Of a stretch of 32,000 nucleotides of DNA, positions 16,623 to 24,878 are shown piece by piece. Position numbers and translations under genes: made by a program. This DNA is from Candidatus Nanoarchaeia archaeon. Its GTDB lineage: Archaea; Nanobdellota; Nanobdellia; Woesearchaeales; JANQNC01. The notes under the pieces are model-generated. The model was not told the DNA's origin, did no database searches, and worked only from the letters and a program-made list of their open reading frames with translations. Location: assembly GCA_028279745.1 (NCBI GenBank), contig JANQNC010000001.1, forward strand, positions 690,001-722,000, in the 5' to 3' direction. Within the stretch, counting starts at the first letter, position 1. Each line of letters opens with the position of its first letter.

Positions 16623-17056
16623 TCACTTATGTAGAACTTCTTTTTCAAATAGTTATTAAGAACTTTCTCGCTGGGAAAGTATAATGGAGAGGGTAAATCT
16701 TCCAAATCAAACCAACCCCACTCAGTAATCTCATCAGGCTCCATAACTTCAGGAGACCCTTCAAAATCAGTGCAAAGTAAGCCAATAGTAATGAAATGCG
16801 CAGTCTCAACAATATCGTTGTTGATACAGATAACACTTGTGTTCTTTATTTTAATACCTGTCTCCTCTAAAACTTCTCTAACAGCACCTTGCTCGAAACT
16901 TTCACCAAAATCTAACTTGCCGCCAGGCATAGTCCACGTCCCGGCACCATTTAGAAGACTATCTGCTTTCTCAGGATCTTCATGTCGTTTACCTAATAAC
17001 ACTTTATTATCTTTAAGAATCATAACTCCAAAACCAACACCGACCTTGCCCGTCAT
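16619..17056 (-). CDS. Nudix hydrolase
   Basis: Nudix box 'GGKLDFGESFEQGAVREVLEETGI'. The track start (17098) is a TTG. The ATG at 17056 (MTGKVGVGFGVMIL) lies exactly 30 nt from a minus-strand TTTATAAA box, so I prefer it. Confidence 0.88.
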   Translation of the reverse strand: MTGKVGVGFGVMILKDNKVLLGKRHEDPEKADSLLNGAGTWTMPGGKLDFGESFEQGAVREVLEETGIKIKNTSVICINNDIVETAHFITIGLLCTDFEGSPEVMEPDEITEWGWFDLEDLPSPLYFPSEKVLNNYLKKKFYISD

Positions 17057-17078
17057 AAATAGTACATGTTCTTCATAA

Positions 17079-17086
17079 TTTATAAA
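17079..17086 (-). promoter_or_regulatory. TATA box (TTTATAAA on the minus strand) for the Nudix gene
   Basis: 30 nt from its first T to the ATG at 17056. Back-to-back with the plus-strand TATA at 17104. Confidence 0.5.
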
Positions 17087-17103
17087 ACTATTCTCCAAAA
17101 AGT

Positions 17104-17111
17104 ATTTATAC
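17104..17111 (+). promoter_or_regulatory. TATA box (ATTTATAC) for the NDT-like tandem
   Basis: About 28 nt upstream of the ATG at 17133. Confidence 0.45.
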
Positions 17112-17132
17112 TGCTTTGATACCCCAACCAGT

Positions 17133-17540
17133 ATGAATATAGTGGTGTGCGGAAGTACTGAGTTTGCAACGGATATGGTAGAAATAGCAAATCAAATATC
17201 TAAAAAAGGTCATGAAACATCTTATCCTGAACCTGTACTTAAAGAAGAAGACTTTGCAAGAGAATACAGTAGAGAAAAACTACTTGAGATGAAACCAATC
17301 TGGATGCAAGGACACTTCAAAAAAATAGAAAACTCAGATGCAGTCTTTATACTCAACAAAAAAAGAAAAGGCTTTGATGGGTATATAGGATCAAACACAT
17401 TAATGGAAATGACAATTGCACACTATCTGAAGAAGAAAATATTCATAATGAATCCTATTGAAGACGGACAACCACACTACGAAGAATTAGTAAGCATAAA
17501 ACCAGTGATACTTGATGGTGATTTGGAGAAGATAAAATGA
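17133..17540 (+). CDS. nucleoside 2-deoxyribosyltransferase-like (NDT/DNPH1-fold) protein, paralogue 1
   Basis: 'IVVCGSTEF' N-terminal Rossmann-like strand, 'SDAVFILN', and 'GYIGSNTLMEMTIAH' (a Gly..Glu..Ala block like the catalytic-Glu segment of NDT/Rcl enzymes). Confidence 0.55.
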   Translation: MNIVVCGSTEFATDMVEIANQISKKGHETSYPEPVLKEEDFAREYSREKLLEMKPIWMQGHFKKIENSDAVFILNKKRKGFDGYIGSNTLMEMTIAHYLKKKIFIMNPIEDGQPHYEELVSIKPVILDGDLEKIK

Positions 17541-17980
17541 AGATAACAATCTGCGGAAGCATAGCATTTACAGATGAGATGCAACAAGTAAAAAAAGAAC
17601 TAGAAGAATTGGGACATGAAGTAAAACTGCCACCACATGAAGTGATGGACGACAGTGGAAAAATGATTCCCGCAAAACAATACTATGCTATGAGAAAAGC
17701 GGAAACATCAGACGATAGCTGGATATGGGACCAAAAAGAAAAAGCAATGAGAAACCACTTCGAAAAAGTAGAATGGTCAGATGCAGTATTGGTTCTGAAT
17801 TATGATAAAAACTATGTTACTGGGTATGTTGGCGCAAACACCTTGCTAGAGATGGGGTTAGCATTTCATTTTGGAAAGAAAATATTTTTGTTGAATAAGA
17901 TACCAGAACAAAACTACAAAGAAGAAATCATAGGTATGAAACCAGTTGTTATTGAAAACGACTTAACAAAATTAGAATAA
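17537..17980 (+). CDS. nucleoside 2-deoxyribosyltransferase-like (NDT/DNPH1-fold) protein, paralogue 2
   Basis: Same blocks as paralogue 1: 'ITICGSIAF', 'SDAVLVLN', 'GYVGANTLLEMGLAF'. ATGA overlap with paralogue 1. Confidence 0.55.
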   Translation: MKITICGSIAFTDEMQQVKKELEELGHEVKLPPHEVMDDSGKMIPAKQYYAMRKAETSDDSWIWDQKEKAMRNHFEKVEWSDAVLVLNYDKNYVTGYVGANTLLEMGLAFHFGKKIFLLNKIPEQNYKEEIIGMKPVVIENDLTKLE

Positions 17981-18069
17981 AGTCACAAGACAACAAAAAA
18001 TTATCTGCATTTTTTGAGCCCAGCGCTCGCCAAGCTCGCACTGGACACTAGACATTCTCTCACGAGTTG

Positions 18070-18077
18070 TTTATAAA
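18070..18077 (+). promoter_or_regulatory. TATA box (TTTATAAA) for hef
   Basis: 30 nt from its first T to the ATG at 18100. Confidence 0.5.
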
Positions 18078-18099
18078 CAAATAAAACAATATAAAAGAT

Positions 18100-20322
18100 A
18101 TGAAACAAAACCTTGTATTAGAGATGATAAACGGAATAAAACCAAGATTGTACCAAGAAACAATCTTTTCTACAGCAGCAATAAAAAACACACTAGTAGT
18201 ATTACCAACAGGCATGGGGAAAACAGTAATTGCACTAATGCTTGCAGTTCAGAGGCTGAAGCAGTTTCCTGAATCAAAGATTTTGATATTATCCCCCACA
18301 CGACCACTTATCAATCAACATATGCAAACCTTTTCAGAATTCTTGAATGTGGATGAAGACAAAATGACTGTGTTTACAGGAATGATAAATCCCAAAAAAA
18401 GAGAAGAACTATGGAAAGAAAAACAAATCATATTCAGCACACCACAAGGACTAGAAAATGATGTTATTTCTAGACGGATAAAACTAGAAGAAGTAAGCTT
18501 GTTAGTTTTTGATGAAGCACATAGAGCAACAGGAGATTATGCTTATGTATTTGTAGCAAAACAATACATGAAAAAAGCAAACTTTCCAAGAATTTTAGGA
18601 TTAACAGCTTCACCGGGCTCAGATGTCGAAAAAGTAACAGAAGTTGTAAACAATCTTTACGTAGAAGACATAGAAGTAAGAACAAATGTGAGTCCCGATG
18701 TTAAGCCTTACATACAAGAAGTAAAAACAGAAATTGTTAAGGTAAAATTACCAGAAAGCTTTAAGGAGATAAAAAAATATTTAGACTTGTGTTACAAAAA
18801 TAAATTAAAACAAATCAAAGGATTAGGATATTTGAATTCTATCGGTTTGACATCTAAAACTGAATTGTTAAAATTACAAGCAGAACTAAGATCAAGAATG
18901 ATGCAAGGAGAAAGAGATTTCGAAATAATGAAATCAATCTCATTAGCAGCAGAGGCAACTAAAGTTTCGCACGCGTTAGAGTTAATTGAGACACAAGGAA
19001 TAACTGCACTAGAAAAGTATTTCCAAAAAATAAATGGAGAAGCTTTGAAAGGAAAAAGTAAGGCAGCTAAAAACTTAGCAGCAGATAACGAGTTTAAGAC
19101 CGCACTACATAAAACAACACAACTCATACAAAAAGGAGTCGAACATCCAAAAGTAAGTGAGCTAAGAGAGATAGTGAGGAAAGAAATAACTCCTGACTCC
19201 AAGATAATAGTATTCACACAGTATAGAGACAGCGCAACAAAAATACAAAAAGAGCTTAGTGAAATAAAAGGAGTTAAATCAGTAGTTTTCGTAGGACAGG
19301 CAAAAAAAGCAGGCACAGGTTTATCACAAAAAGAACAGATAAAAATTCTAGATGACTTTAGAGAAGGCGTTTACAATGTTGTAATAATGACTTCAGTTGG
19401 TGAGGAAGGCTTGGATATACCCTCAGTAGACTTAGTAATATTTCATGAACCAATACCTTCAGCAATAAGAAGTATCCAAAGAAGAGGGAGGACTGGAAGA
19501 CAGGAGAAAGGGAGAGTGATTATGTTAAGTACACAAGACACCAGAGATGAAGCATATAGGTGGACTGCTATACACAAAGAAAGAAAGATGCACAAAATAT
19601 TACAGGATGTGAAGAAAAAGATCAAACTAAAAGAAGTAAGCTCACAAACATTAGAAAAATATATTCCTGAAGAAGAATATGTTGTTTATGCAGACCACAG
19701 AGAAAAAGCAAACGTAGTTGTAAAAGAACTAATAGATATGGGAATACAAATCAATCTGAAACAGTTGCCAGTAGGAGATTATGTTTTATCAAGAGACTGT
19801 GGAGTTGAGTTTAAAACAGTAGGAGATTTTGTAGACTCAATAATTGATGGACGTTTGTTGAACCAGTTAAAGGAATTGAAGAGGAATTTTGTTCGTCCGC
19901 TTGTCGTAATAGAAGGCGGCGAGGAATTATACGCACAAAGAAATATACACCCAAACGCAATTCGAGGAATGTTGGCAACAATAACCGTAAGTTATGGAAT
20001 CCCATTAATACAAACTAAAGATCATAAAGATACAGCTTCATTGTTTAGCGCAATCGTTAGAAGAGAACAAGCTGAGAAAGGAAAAGATTATTCTTTGCAT
20101 ACAAGCGTAAAACCAATGACAGGAAAAGAACAACAAGAATATATTGTTGGTTCGTTGCCCAATGTGGGGCCAAAACTGGCAAAGGATCTTTTGAAAGAGT
20201 TTAAGACGATTAGAAAAATTGTAACTGCTTCTAAAGAAGACTTACAAAAAGTAGAAAAAGTCGGGAGTAAGATTGCTTCCGAAATAAAAGACAGTGTTGA
20301 GAAAGAATATGAAGAGGATTAG
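18100..20322 (+). CDS. hef: Hef: SF2 helicase fused to an XPF/ERCC4 nuclease and HhH2 (FANCM/XPF homologue)
   Basis: Helicase motifs 'LPTGMGKT', 'FDEAHR', 'LTASP', 'QRRGRTGR'. ERCC4 block 'VYADHRE....LPVGDYVLS...VEFK'. C-terminal '[13 protein letters not shown]...[12 protein letters not shown]'. Confidence 0.9.
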   Translation: MKQNLVLEMINGIKPRLYQETIFSTAAIKNTLVVLPTGMGKTVIALMLAVQRLKQFPESKILILSPTRPLINQHMQTFSEFLNVDEDKMTVFTGMINPKKREELWKEKQIIFSTPQGLENDVISRRIKLEEVSLLVFDEAHRATGDYAYVFVAKQYMKKANFPRILGLTASPGSDVEKVTEVVNNLYVEDIEVRTNVSPDVKPYIQEVKTEIVKVKLPESFKEIKKYLDLCYKNKLKQIKGLGYLNSIGLTSKTELLKLQAELRSRMMQGERDFEIMKSISLAAEATKVSHALELIETQGITALEKYFQKINGEALKGKSKAAKNLAADNEFKTALHKTTQLIQKGVEHPKVSELREIVRKEITPDSKIIVFTQYRDSATKIQKELSEIKGVKSVVFVGQAKKAGTGLSQKEQIKILDDFREGVYNVVIMTSVGEEGLDIPSVDLVIFHEPIPSAIRSIQRRGRTGRQEKGRVIMLSTQDTRDEAYRWTAIHKERKMHKILQDVKKKIKLKEVSSQTLEKYIPEEEYVVYADHREKANVVVKELIDMGIQINLKQLPVGDYVLSRDCGVEFKTVGDFVDSIIDGRLLNQLKELKRNFVRPLVVIEGGEELYAQRNIHPNAIRGMLATITVSYGIPLIQTKDHKDTASLFSAIVRREQAEKGKDYSLHTSVKPMTGKEQQEYIVGSLPNVGPKLAKDLLKEFKTIRKIVTASKEDLQKVEKVGSKIASEIKDSVEKEYEED

Positions 20323-21173
20323 TTCTTCATAGCTCTTAATTTCTTAACTCTCTCCTTGATAGGAGGGTGAGTTGAAAGTAAATTCATCAAACCTTTACCT
20401 GACAAAGGATTTGTGATAAATAGATGAGCAGTTGCAGGGTTTGCGTCTTTCAAAGGCATCATCTTATTACCTTGTTCAAGCTTTTCTAAAGCGTCAGCAA
20501 GATAAGTTGGATTGCCTGCAAATTCAGCGCCGGACTCATCTGCAAGATACTCTCTACTTCTAGAAATTGCAAGCTGAATAATCATAGCAATAATAGGTGT
20601 GATAATTGCAACAGCCAAAACACCAATAATATTATTATCACCATCTCTGCCACCAAAGCCACCAAAGATAGCAGACCATCTAGCCATCATAGCAACAAAA
20701 GAGATAACTCCTGCGATAGTAGCTGCAACGCTGCTGATTAAAATATCCCTGTTTTTAATGTGACCAACTTCGTGAGCGATAACACCTTTCAATTCATTGT
20801 GGCTTAGAAGGTTAACTAGACCTTGAGTAACTGCAACAACGCCGTGCTTAGGATTTCTTCCAGTAGCAAAAGCATTCGGAGACATTGTTGGGATTACATA
20901 AACCTTAGGCATAGGAAGCTTAGCTTTCTTTCTAACTTCATCAACAATCTTGTATAAATTAGGAACTTGTTTTCTTGTTACAGGCTTAGCCCGGTACATC
21001 ATCAGAACTATTTTGTCCGAGAACCAGTATGAACCAAAGTTCATTACGATTGCAAAGAAAAATGCAATTATTAGTCCAGATCTTCCACCAAGCAGTGCTC
21101 CAACAACTAGCAATAAACCAGTTAACCCCCCTAAAAGAAGAGTTGTTTTAACATTATTACCAAAAGCCCCCAT
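20319..21173 (-). CDS. htpX: HtpX-family M48 membrane zinc protease
   Basis: '[14 protein letters not shown]', downstream '[13 protein letters not shown]', 4 TM helices. Its 3' end overlaps the hef 3' end by 4 nt (convergent). Confidence 0.92.
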   Translation of the reverse strand: MGAFGNNVKTTLLLGGLTGLLLVVGALLGGRSGLIIAFFFAIVMNFGSYWFSDKIVLMMYRAKPVTRKQVPNLYKIVDEVRKKAKLPMPKVYVIPTMSPNAFATGRNPKHGVVAVTQGLVNLLSHNELKGVIAHEVGHIKNRDILISSVAATIAGVISFVAMMARWSAIFGGFGGRDGDNNIIGVLAVAIITPIIAMIIQLAISRSREYLADESGAEFAGNPTYLADALEKLEQGNKMMPLKDANPATAHLFITNPLSGKGLMNLLSTHPPIKERVKKLRAMKN

Positions 21174-21248
21174 TTTAAAAGGTTAAAAGGACAGGTGGTA
21201 TAAATAGTTTGTCGTTTATAAACAGTATTTCTTGAGACAAGGAAAGAG

Positions 21249-21257
21249 TTATATAAA
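21249..21257 (+). promoter_or_regulatory. TATA box (TTATATAAA) for the methyltransferase gene
   Basis: 30 nt upstream of the ATG at 21279. A minus-strand ATTTATAC (21199-21206) sits 31 nt from the htpX ATG. Confidence 0.45.
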
Positions 21258-21278
21258 AAACACAAATCCCCTCCAACA

Positions 21279-21998
21279 ATGAAAAAAGTATATGATGAAC
21301 GGATAGAACAGATGGGTAAAGACCCTGAAATGGAAAGAGAACACATCAACAGATACAAGTTCGCAAGCCATTACGTAAAAAACAAGAATGTTCTTGATAT
21401 TGCATGCGGAATAGGATATGGAAGTAAGATACTGGCCGATGCAGGATGTAAACTTTGTACGGGTGGGGATGTGGATGAAAATAGTTTGGAAAAAGCAAAA
21501 CTAACTTACAAAGACAAAAATCTGAAATTCAAAAAAATGGATGCTCAAAAAATCCCATTAAGTAAAAACTCTGTTGATGTTGTTGTGTCTTTTGAAACAA
21601 TAGAACACATAGATAAACCAAAAGAACATCTTAGTTCAGTTGTAAAAGTATTAAACAAAGATGGAGTTTACATCTGCTCAACACCAGTAAGAAAAAAAGG
21701 ATCCTTAAAAGATAAGCCGAACAACCCATTCCACGTGAGAGAATGGAATCTGGTTGAGTTCAATAGACTGTTAAGAGACTATTTTGGGCAAGTTGAACTT
21801 TTAGGACAATCATTTTATTTCAAAAAAACCACAATTCCTTTTGGCAGAACAATACTAAATATATTATGTAAACTTTTATTCAGTAAGGAATATTCAAAGA
21901 TCAATAAAACTAACGTTGGAAGGTTTCCAAAACTCCTAAAAGGCATGAAATGTTTACCAGAAAATCAAATCTTGGTGTGTAGAAACCCCTTAAAATAG
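21279..21998 (+). CDS. class I SAM-dependent methyltransferase
   Basis: Motif I 'VLDIACGIGYGSKILA', motif II-like 'VDVVVSFETIEHI', 'LNKDGVYICS'. Confidence 0.8.
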   Translation: MKKVYDERIEQMGKDPEMEREHINRYKFASHYVKNKNVLDIACGIGYGSKILADAGCKLCTGGDVDENSLEKAKLTYKDKNLKFKKMDAQKIPLSKNSVDVVVSFETIEHIDKPKEHLSSVVKVLNKDGVYICSTPVRKKGSLKDKPNNPFHVREWNLVEFNRLLRDYFGQVELLGQSFYFKKTTIPFGRTILNILCKLLFSKEYSKINKTNVGRFPKLLKGMKCLPENQILVCRNPLK

Positions 21999-22063
21999 TT
22001 ATTTATAAGTTTTTACAACACAAAAAACTAACAAATAAATAAGACCAACATATACCCTCGAGC

Positions 22064-23416
22064 ATGATAGCTAAATCAGAACTTCTAATGTACTACAAAA
22101 GACCAGAAGTACAGGAAGCAATAGTCAAATGTGCAGAAGATAAAGAAATTGCTGTTAAGTTTGGAGACAAAGGATTTGGAAAAAGACCAGATATGCTAAG
22201 ATATTCTGCAGACGTAATGGAACTAGCAAAACAAGGAGCAACAAGCTTTCATGCATCAGAAGAAATATGGATGGATCCAATGCAGTTAGGTGCTGGACTT
22301 CGTTTGAAAGAATTAGATGAAAATAGAAAAGCATGGGATTTAGTTCTTGACATCGATTGTGACTTTTTGGAATACAGCAAGATAGCAGCCGATATGATCA
22401 TTAAAGCACTGAAGTTTCAAGGCGTAAAAAATATTTCATGTAAATTTTCAGGACGATCTGGTTTTCACATAGGAGTAAAACATTCAGCATTCCCTGAAAA
22501 AGTTGGTGATAAAGAGACAAGACTTTTGTTTCCAGATGGTCCGAGAGCAATCGCATCTTACTTGAAAGGCATGATAAGAGAACATCTGACTGCTTTGGTT
22601 TTGTCATTTGATACACTAGAAGAAATTTCTGAGAAGATAAATGTTAAAGTTGAAGACTTGATGACCGACGGAGATTTTGACGTGTTTAAAGTTTTAGACA
22701 TAGACACAATCCTGATCAGTTCAAGACACTTGTATAGGATGCCATACAGTTTTAATGAGAAAAGTGGATTAGTAAGTGTGCCAGTGAACCCTGATGAAGT
22801 GTTGAGTTTCGATACAGTAGATGCAATATCCAAAAATGTTGTTGTAAACGAATATGGATTCTTAGAGAAAGGAGAAGAAGGAGAAGGCAAACAGCTGCTA
22901 ATACAATCATTAGATTTTGCATCAAAACAGAAACAAGACGAACAACACAAGGAAGATTATAGCATGAAAGAAAAAAGAGATTATGAGGAAATAAAAGAAG
23001 CAATACCTGAAGAATGTTTCCCGCCTTGTGTTAAGCTAGTATTGAATGGATTAAAAGATGGAAAGAAAAGATCGATGTTTATTCTTACAAATTTCTTAAG
23101 TTCAGTTGGATGGGATCCTGAAATGATCGAAGCAAGATTGCGAAAATGGAATGAAAAAAACCCAGAACCTTTGAAAGAACAGTTAATAATTGGCCAGGTA
23201 AGATATCATAAACAAAGGAAGCAAAGAATACTTCCCCCGAATTGTGATAATGAAATGTACTACAAAGGAATGCAAGTATGCGTTCCGGATAACTTATGTT
23301 CTAAAATAAGAAATCCTACAAACTATGCTGTGCGTAAAGCAAAGTATATTAACCAGGTTAACAAAAAGAATAAGAAATCTGTTAAAAAGGTAAAAAAAGT
23401 AGAAAAGAAGGATTAA
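22064..23416 (+). CDS. priS: DNA primase: PriS catalytic domain fused to a PriL C-terminal (Fe-S) domain-like region
   Basis: AEP motifs 'WDLVLDIDCD', 'FSGRSGFHIGV', 'SRHLYRMPYSFNEKSG'. Then 'CFPPCVKLVLNGLKDGKKRSMFILTNFLSSVGW' plus C394/C406/C412, as in PriL-CTD. Lys-rich tail. Confidence 0.85.
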   Translation: MIAKSELLMYYKRPEVQEAIVKCAEDKEIAVKFGDKGFGKRPDMLRYSADVMELAKQGATSFHASEEIWMDPMQLGAGLRLKELDENRKAWDLVLDIDCDFLEYSKIAADMIIKALKFQGVKNISCKFSGRSGFHIGVKHSAFPEKVGDKETRLLFPDGPRAIASYLKGMIREHLTALVLSFDTLEEISEKINVKVEDLMTDGDFDVFKVLDIDTILISSRHLYRMPYSFNEKSGLVSVPVNPDEVLSFDTVDAISKNVVVNEYGFLEKGEEGEGKQLLIQSLDFASKQKQDEQHKEDYSMKEKRDYEEIKEAIPEECFPPCVKLVLNGLKDGKKRSMFILTNFLSSVGWDPEMIEARLRKWNEKNPEPLKEQLIIGQVRYHKQRKQRILPPNCDNEMYYKGMQVCVPDNLCSKIRNPTNYAVRKAKYINQVNKKNKKSVKKVKKVEKKD

Positions 23417-23427
23417 TGTTAGTTTGG

Positions 23428-23643
23428 TTAACAGTCATCATTACAGGGATAAGAAGTATATCTAAGATCAAATGAAACTATTTTCTTTACTGTTTTAAGA
23501 GTGTTGTCAAATGCTTCTTGTTCAGTCATGTTGTTTCTTAAGTTGTGCAAATAGGCTTCTTCGACGATAATCTTAGTTATCTCAGGGTTTTTTCCTTCAG
23601 GCGTCGGTAGAAGAGCCATAAGTTTTTTGACATTAACTTTCAT
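23428..23643 (-). CDS. hypothetical small protein (71 aa)
   Basis: The track start is a GTG (23691). The ATG at 23643 lies 30 nt from a minus-strand TTTATATA. No recognisable domain. Confidence 0.4.
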   Translation of the reverse strand: MKVNVKKLMALLPTPEGKNPEITKIIVEEAYLHNLRNNMTEQEAFDNTLKTVKKIVSFDLRYTSYPCNDDC

Positions 23644-23665
23644 GTTTTTAGGAATAGATAAGGAA

Positions 23666-23673
23666 TATATAAA
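23666..23673 (-). promoter_or_regulatory. TATA box (TTTATATA on the minus strand)
   Basis: Exact octamer, 30 nt from the ATG at 23643. Confidence 0.45.
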
Positions 23674-23716
23674 GTTATGTTTTTTAACCACTTTATAGTG
23701 GTTACAAAAGGAAAGG

Positions 23717-23724
23717 TTTATATA
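23717..23724 (+). promoter_or_regulatory. TATA box (TTTATATA) for the PKD surface protein gene
   Basis: Exact octamer. It predicts a ~40-nt leader that carries a strong SD. Confidence 0.45.
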
Positions 23725-23771
23725 TGATTAGTCTTTCCTACCGTTAATAATTTACTCTTTTAGATAAAAAA

Positions 23772-23779
23772 GAGGAGGT
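23772..23779 (+). promoter_or_regulatory. Shine-Dalgarno site (GAGGAGGT)
   Basis: 10 nt upstream of the ATG at 23790. Confidence 0.6.
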
Positions 23780-23789
23780 ATAAGACAAA

Positions 23790-24791
23790 ATGAACACAAT
23801 AAAAAAAATAATGTACACTGCATTGCTAACAGCATTAGGATTTGGAGTATTCCAAGGATGCAGTAAAAACAATCCAGTTTCTGGAACAATAGAAGACAAA
23901 GCAGACACAACACAAGTTGCAGATACAAGCGGAGTAGATACATCTGCAGTTGATACAACAGCAACAGACACAAGTGCAACACAAGATTTGGGAATGCTAA
24001 CATTTACCGCAAGCAACCCATCAGGAAAAGCACCACACACGGTAACATTCACAGCATTTACTGACGACACCCTAAACAAACAATATGATTTTGACTTTGA
24101 CGGTGACGGTGTTGCAGACCTAACTACAACAAATAACGGACCAGTAACAGCATCAAACACATACACAGAACAGGGAGTTAACGCTGCAACTGTAACTGCA
24201 ACAGATATAGCAAGTGGGAAACATGCAAGAAGTGTTGAATGGATATCAACATCAGGATACAAAGCAGACTTCACAAACTTTGAAGCACTATTCTTACCAG
24301 ATGGACAACCTAACTTTATTACCGCAGTAGGAGCAGATGCACCAGCAACCGCGTCAATGGCAGCAATAGATGTTCTGACAGGACTACAAAGCTACATTTC
24401 ACAAGACACAACTGCAAGTGATACAGGCGTCGGTGTTATCGATGTGGAAAGCGCTGTACTTGACAATGAAGTAGCAAGTCTATACAACCAAAACACAATC
24501 ATAATCGGAAATGCATGTGAGAACACATTGGCAGCGGAGTTTGAAAATAATCCTGCACAATGTATCGAAGGACTAGTTGATGGAATGGGAGTGATTAAGA
24601 TGAAACAATTCGGAGATCACTATGCAGTATTGGTAGCAGGATACTCAGCACAAGACTTGAGAAACGCTGCACAGGTACTTGGAAGTTTTAAGAACTACGC
24701 TCTTTCAGGAAATGAAGTTGAAATTTCAGGCGTTTCATTAGAACCAGCACAATCTGTAGTGCAAGTACCTGAACAGGTAACAGAAGAATAA
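23790..24791 (+). CDS. secreted lipoprotein-like surface protein: lipobox-like signal peptide, Thr/Asp repeats, PKD domain, S-layer-like C-terminal domain
   Basis: Signal peptide 'MYTALLTALGFGVFQGC'. PKD-like 'GKAPHTVTFTA...YDFDFDGDG....NTYTEQGVNAATVTATD'. C-terminal 'NTIIIGNACENTLAA' and 'AVLVAGYSAQDLRNAAQVL' resemble archaeal S-layer protein blocks. Confidence 0.7.
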   Translation: MNTIKKIMYTALLTALGFGVFQGCSKNNPVSGTIEDKADTTQVADTSGVDTSAVDTTATDTSATQDLGMLTFTASNPSGKAPHTVTFTAFTDDTLNKQYDFDFDGDGVADLTTTNNGPVTASNTYTEQGVNAATVTATDIASGKHARSVEWISTSGYKADFTNFEALFLPDGQPNFITAVGADAPATASMAAIDVLTGLQSYISQDTTASDTGVGVIDVESAVLDNEVASLYNQNTIIIGNACENTLAAEFENNPAQCIEGLVDGMGVIKMKQFGDHYAVLVAGYSAQDLRNAAQVLGSFKNYALSGNEVEISGVSLEPAQSVVQVPEQVTEE

Positions 24792-24803
24792 ATTTCTTCT
24801 TTA

Positions 24804-24810
24804 TTTTTTT
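24804..24810 (+). terminator. oligo-T (T7) archaeal-type terminator after the PKD gene
   Basis: TTTATTTTTTTC, 13 nt after the stop. Confidence 0.45.
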
Positions 24811-24848
24811 CTTAGTTCTTATTCTACAATTAATTTATTTGGTAAAAA

Positions 24849-24856
24849 TTTATATA
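24849..24856 (+). promoter_or_regulatory. TATA box (TTTATATA)
   Basis: Exact octamer, 30 nt from the ATG at 24879. Confidence 0.5.
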
Positions 24857-24878
24857 ATTGTTAAGTTTATCACACCAT

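Noticed and set aside
18016-18047. GC-rich island considered as a tRNA fragment or small RNA gene
   Set aside because: No T-loop (GTTCRANYC), no acceptor pairing and no extended helix. It is kept only as a low-interest observation.
23744-24274. 176-aa and 83-aa ORFs antisense to the PKD surface-protein gene
   Set aside because: The sense frame has a signal peptide, a PKD motif and a strong SD. The antisense products are Val/Ala/Ser-rich and have no start context.
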